A DNA stretch of 64,000 bases. Origin: Octopus sinensis (lineage: Eukaryota). Below, piece by piece: positions 59,950 through 64,000 of the stretch; the first letter of the stretch is position 1, and every line of letters starts with the position of its first letter. The position numbers and the translations under genes are program-made. The notes beneath the pieces were generated by a model. That model did not search any database. It worked only from the letters and a program-made list of their open reading frames with translations, and was not told where the DNA came from. The stretch is taken from NCBI RefSeq assembly GCF_006345805.1, contig NC_043006.1, positions 93,620,001 through 93,684,000 on the forward strand, in the 5' to 3' direction.

Positions 59950-61499
59950 TATGAAATATAAACTAAATTAAATATGAATATCAGAGGAGGTACACCCATA
60001 CAATAGTGGGTACATACCCATAATATATAATGTACACGTACATATGAGTGCATATACCCATACTCCTATACATATATATATACATATACATAATAATATA
60101 AATCAATATACAAACATATGTTCTATATTCAATGTTACAGTTGGTCAACATAATATTATGATATTACAACATAGAAAACATACACATATCCATATTCAAA
60201 TGCAGATATACAAAGTCAAGAGTTCATTATATTAAGTTACAAAATGCCATTAATATTACCATCATTACTATTATCATTGCCACTATTGCTACTAATAACA
60301 TTATTATTATTATTAATAACATTAATACCAGCAAAACAATATATGTATCATGCGGTTAGCAACATAATAGCAAAAACAACAACAACAATAATACTACAGT
60401 ACCATGCAAAGCATTAAAGATTGGCATATACATATAAAATGAAAAATGAAAAACATTGGTTTACATGATATTAAGTTCCACAAGTGTACAAACATATATG
60501 CGAGTGCAGGTCATAATTTCGACTGTGATATGTGTGAAGTATTACGTTCAGAAATAGTTAAGAATCGAACGCTAAATATGATTGGCCGGTATATTTAAAT
60601 TTCAATTGTCTTCGTTACGGTTGGTTTGTTAAGAAATACTTACATACTTACATATGTAAACGTGCGCTTACACATATATACATGGATAAATCACAAAACA
60701 GGAGGTACTAGCTTACATACACACATATATGTTTACATACATAACTACTCACATATATCTATAAAAATACATACATGCAAGCACACAGACACCCATACCC
60801 AGTCGATGTACGTTATTAGTATAAGATACATAATTAAAATAACACCGTATATTTCGTAAACAATTTATTGTGCTATTGAAACTTCCATATAGCCACAATT
60901 TCGACTGTGTTCCCATTCAAACTTTCACTAATAAACAAGCACAGGCATGGGAAAACTACACCAACATATATACACACACACACACACGCACACCCGCACA
61001 CATCTATAGACATATATACACTCGCATGCACTGCATCCGCAAACATTTGCATATACATATATACACACATATATATGTATTCATATGTATAAGAAAAACA
61101 TATACACATATATCCACCCATGAATATACATATGCATATAAAAATACACATGCACATACATATACATATGAACACATGTCGACATATCCACATATACTTA
61201 CGAAATTACAGAAATACATGTCTGCCCACCGAAGGACATATAGATACATAAATAATATGTTAACAGAAATTATTATTAAATATACAACGTAAGCTATAAA
61301 TTAATTATAAATTAATAAGTGCTATTACTTTAAAAAAATAAATAAATAAATAAATAAATAAATAAAAAATATATATATAAAAAAATAATAATAAATAATG
61401 AATAAAAAATAAAATAAAATTAAATAAAGTAATGATAATAGTAATAATAAAGAAGGAGAAAAATAAAAAACAATAAATAATAAAATATATATATATATA

Positions 61500-61690
61500 G
61501 GCGCAGGAGTGGCTGTGTGGTAAGTAGCTTGCTAACCAACCACATGGTTCCGGGTTCAGTCCCACTGCGTGGCATCTTGGGCAAGTGTCTTCTGCTATAG
61601 CCCTGGGCCGACCAATGCCTTGTGAGTGGATTTGGTAGACGGAAACTGAAAGAAGCCCGTCGTATATATGTGTATATATATATGTGTGTA
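61500..61690 (+). mobile_element. tRNA/CORE-type SINE head, duplicated at 63883-64000
   Basis: ggcgcaggagtggctgtgtggtaag...gaagcccgtcg. Confidence 0.85.
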
Positions 61691-61890
61691 TGTGTGTGTT
61701 GTGTATGTATGTATCATTTATATTATAATATATGCTTCATTTAAAGTGACTAAGCCTAAAAAGATGATCGAACGACCGAGAATTGAACACGACGTCAATG
61801 CTTACATGGCTCCGAACTCACCCAATTCAGTCACATAGCCCATCCATCAATTTTAGCCAATTTTAATGCATAGATAATTGTTTTAGTCTA

Positions 61891-61979
<89 letters not shown>

Positions 61980-62214
61980 TATATATATATATATATATAT
62001 ATATACAAAATAAGAAAATGGAGAAACACATCTTAATCAATGATCAACTACCAGATAATACTCAATCACATAACTTATTAAACCACTACATATGAACATT
62101 AAGGTGAAACATAATAATATAGAACAAAACAATGTACATGAAAGAGTAATATGATACAATAAGTACAGTATGTATAAGTGAATATAAATAAATACAAATA
62201 TAAATATAAACTAC

Positions 62215-62342
62215 ATCTTACAGCTGTTTCGGCCATGCAGATATGCGTGTGTCTCATTATGCTCATATTAACCATGTGTGATAGGTCAATATGTAGTTAT
62301 AAATGAGACACTTACAATATATCCCAAGGCCTCTTCAGAGAT
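62215..62342 (-). ncRNA. Type I minimal hammerhead ribozyme, copy 2
   Basis: Same as copy 1 except one base fewer in the stem II insert. Confidence 0.78.
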
Positions 62343-64000
62343 TATGAAATATAAACTAAATTAAATATGAATATCAGAGGAGGTACACCCATACAATAGT
62401 GGGTACATACCCATAATATATAATGTACACGTACATATGAGTGCATATACCCATACTCCTATACATATATATATACATATACATAATAATATAAATCAAT
62501 ATACAAACATATGTTCTATATTCAATGTTACAGTTGGTCAACATAATATTATGATATTACAACATAGAAAACATACACATATCCATATTCAAATGCAGAT
62601 ATACAAAGTCAAGAGTTCATTATATTAAGTTACAAAATGCCATTAATATTACCATCATTACTATTATCATTGCCACTATTGCTACTAATAACATTATTAT
62701 TATTATTAATAACATTAATACCAGCAAAACAATATATGTATCATGCGGTTAGCAACATAATAGCAAAAACAACAACAACAATAATACTACAGTACCATGC
62801 AAAGCATTAAAGATTGGCATATACATATAAAATGAAAAATGAAAAACATTGGTTTACATGATATTAAGTTCCACAAGTGTACAAACATATATGCGAGTGC
62901 AGGTCATAATTTCGACTGTGATATGTGTGAAGTATTACGTTCAGAAATAGTTAAGAATCGAACGCTAAATATGATTGGCCGGTATATTTAAATTTCAATT
63001 GTCTTCGTTACGGTTGGTTTGTTAAGAAATACTTACATACTTACATATGTAAACGTGCGCTTACACATATATACATGGATAAATCACAAAACAGGAGGTA
63101 CTAGCTTACATACACACATATATGTTTACATACATAACTACTCACATATATCTATAAAAATACATACATGCAAGCACACAGACACCCATACCCAGTCGAT
63201 GTACGTTATTAGTATAAGATACATAATTAAAATAACACCGTATATTTCGTAAACAATTTATTGTGCTATTGAAACTTCCATATAGCCACAATTTCGACTG
63301 TGTTCCCATTCAAACTTTCACTAATAAACAAGCACAGGCATGGGAAAACTACACCAACATATATACACACACACGCACACCCGCACACATCTATAGACAT
63401 ATATACACTCGCATGCACTGCATCCGCAAACATTTGCATATACATATATACACACATATATATGTATTCATATGTATAAGAAAAACATATACACATATAT
63501 CCACCCATGAATATACATATGCATATAAAAATACACATGCACATACATATACATATGAACACATGTCGACATATCCACATATACTTACGAAATTACAGAA
63601 ATACATGTCTGCCCACCGAAGGACATATAGATACATAAATAATATGTTAACAGAAATTATTATTAAATATACAACGTAAGCTATAAATTAATTATAAATT
63701 AATAAGTGCTATTACTTTAAAAAAATAATAATAAATAAATAAATAAATAAAAAATATATATAAAAAAATAATAATAAATAATGAATAAAAAATAAAATTA
63801 AATTAAATAAAGTAATGATAATAGTAATAATAAAGAAGGAGAAAAATAAAAAACAATAAATAATAAAATATATATATATATAGGCGCAGGAGTGGCTGTG
63901 TGGTAAGTAGCTTGCTAACCAACCACATGGTTCCGGGTTCAGTCCCACTGCGTGGCATCTTGGGCAAGTGTCTTCTGCTATAGCCCTGGGCCGACCAATG

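Larger units (their letters stand above)
59400..64000 (+). repeat. Near-identical tandem duplication, unit about 2.3-2.4 kb (about 59400-61700; 61700 to window end)
   Basis: Identical ORF pairs offset by 2393 nt (60044/62437, 60626/63019); the differences I saw are indels in simple repeats. Confidence 0.93.

Overview
AT-rich, microsatellite-saturated eukaryotic DNA; the SINE, R4/Dong, Penelope and Helitron content suggests a cephalopod, probably Octopus (inference). The only host genes I can support are three paralogous, intron-containing SLC16/MCT-type MFS transporters. Gene B (minus) is partial, has exons at 4981-5003, 2944-3143 and 82-225, and runs off the left edge. Gene A (minus, 16057-33315, 5 coding exons, 538 aa) and gene C (plus, 37895-56062, 5 coding exons, 544 aa) are complete and lie head-to-head, 4.6 kb apart. 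The proteins lack the TM8 Asp/Arg pair of proton-coupled MCTs, and the copies look mosaic, consistent with gene conversion. The rest is mostly mobile DNA: a full-length R4/Dong LINE inside a stack of elements separated by (TAA)n, a second R4-like lineage bounded by (CATA)n, a complete mariner with TA target duplication, five Helitrons (four in gene C, one pair placed just upstream of a splice acceptor, with the empty site visible in the paralogs), Penelope-like remnants, an RTE remnant and many SINEs. The last 4.6 kb is a near-identical tandem duplication of about 2.3-2.4 kb, and each unit carries an intact-looking minimal type I hammerhead ribozyme with a long hairpin inserted in stem II. Homopolymer and microsatellite indels suggest long-read errors, so individual frameshifts are uncertain. 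No database searches or folding programs were run; family names come from motif recognition.
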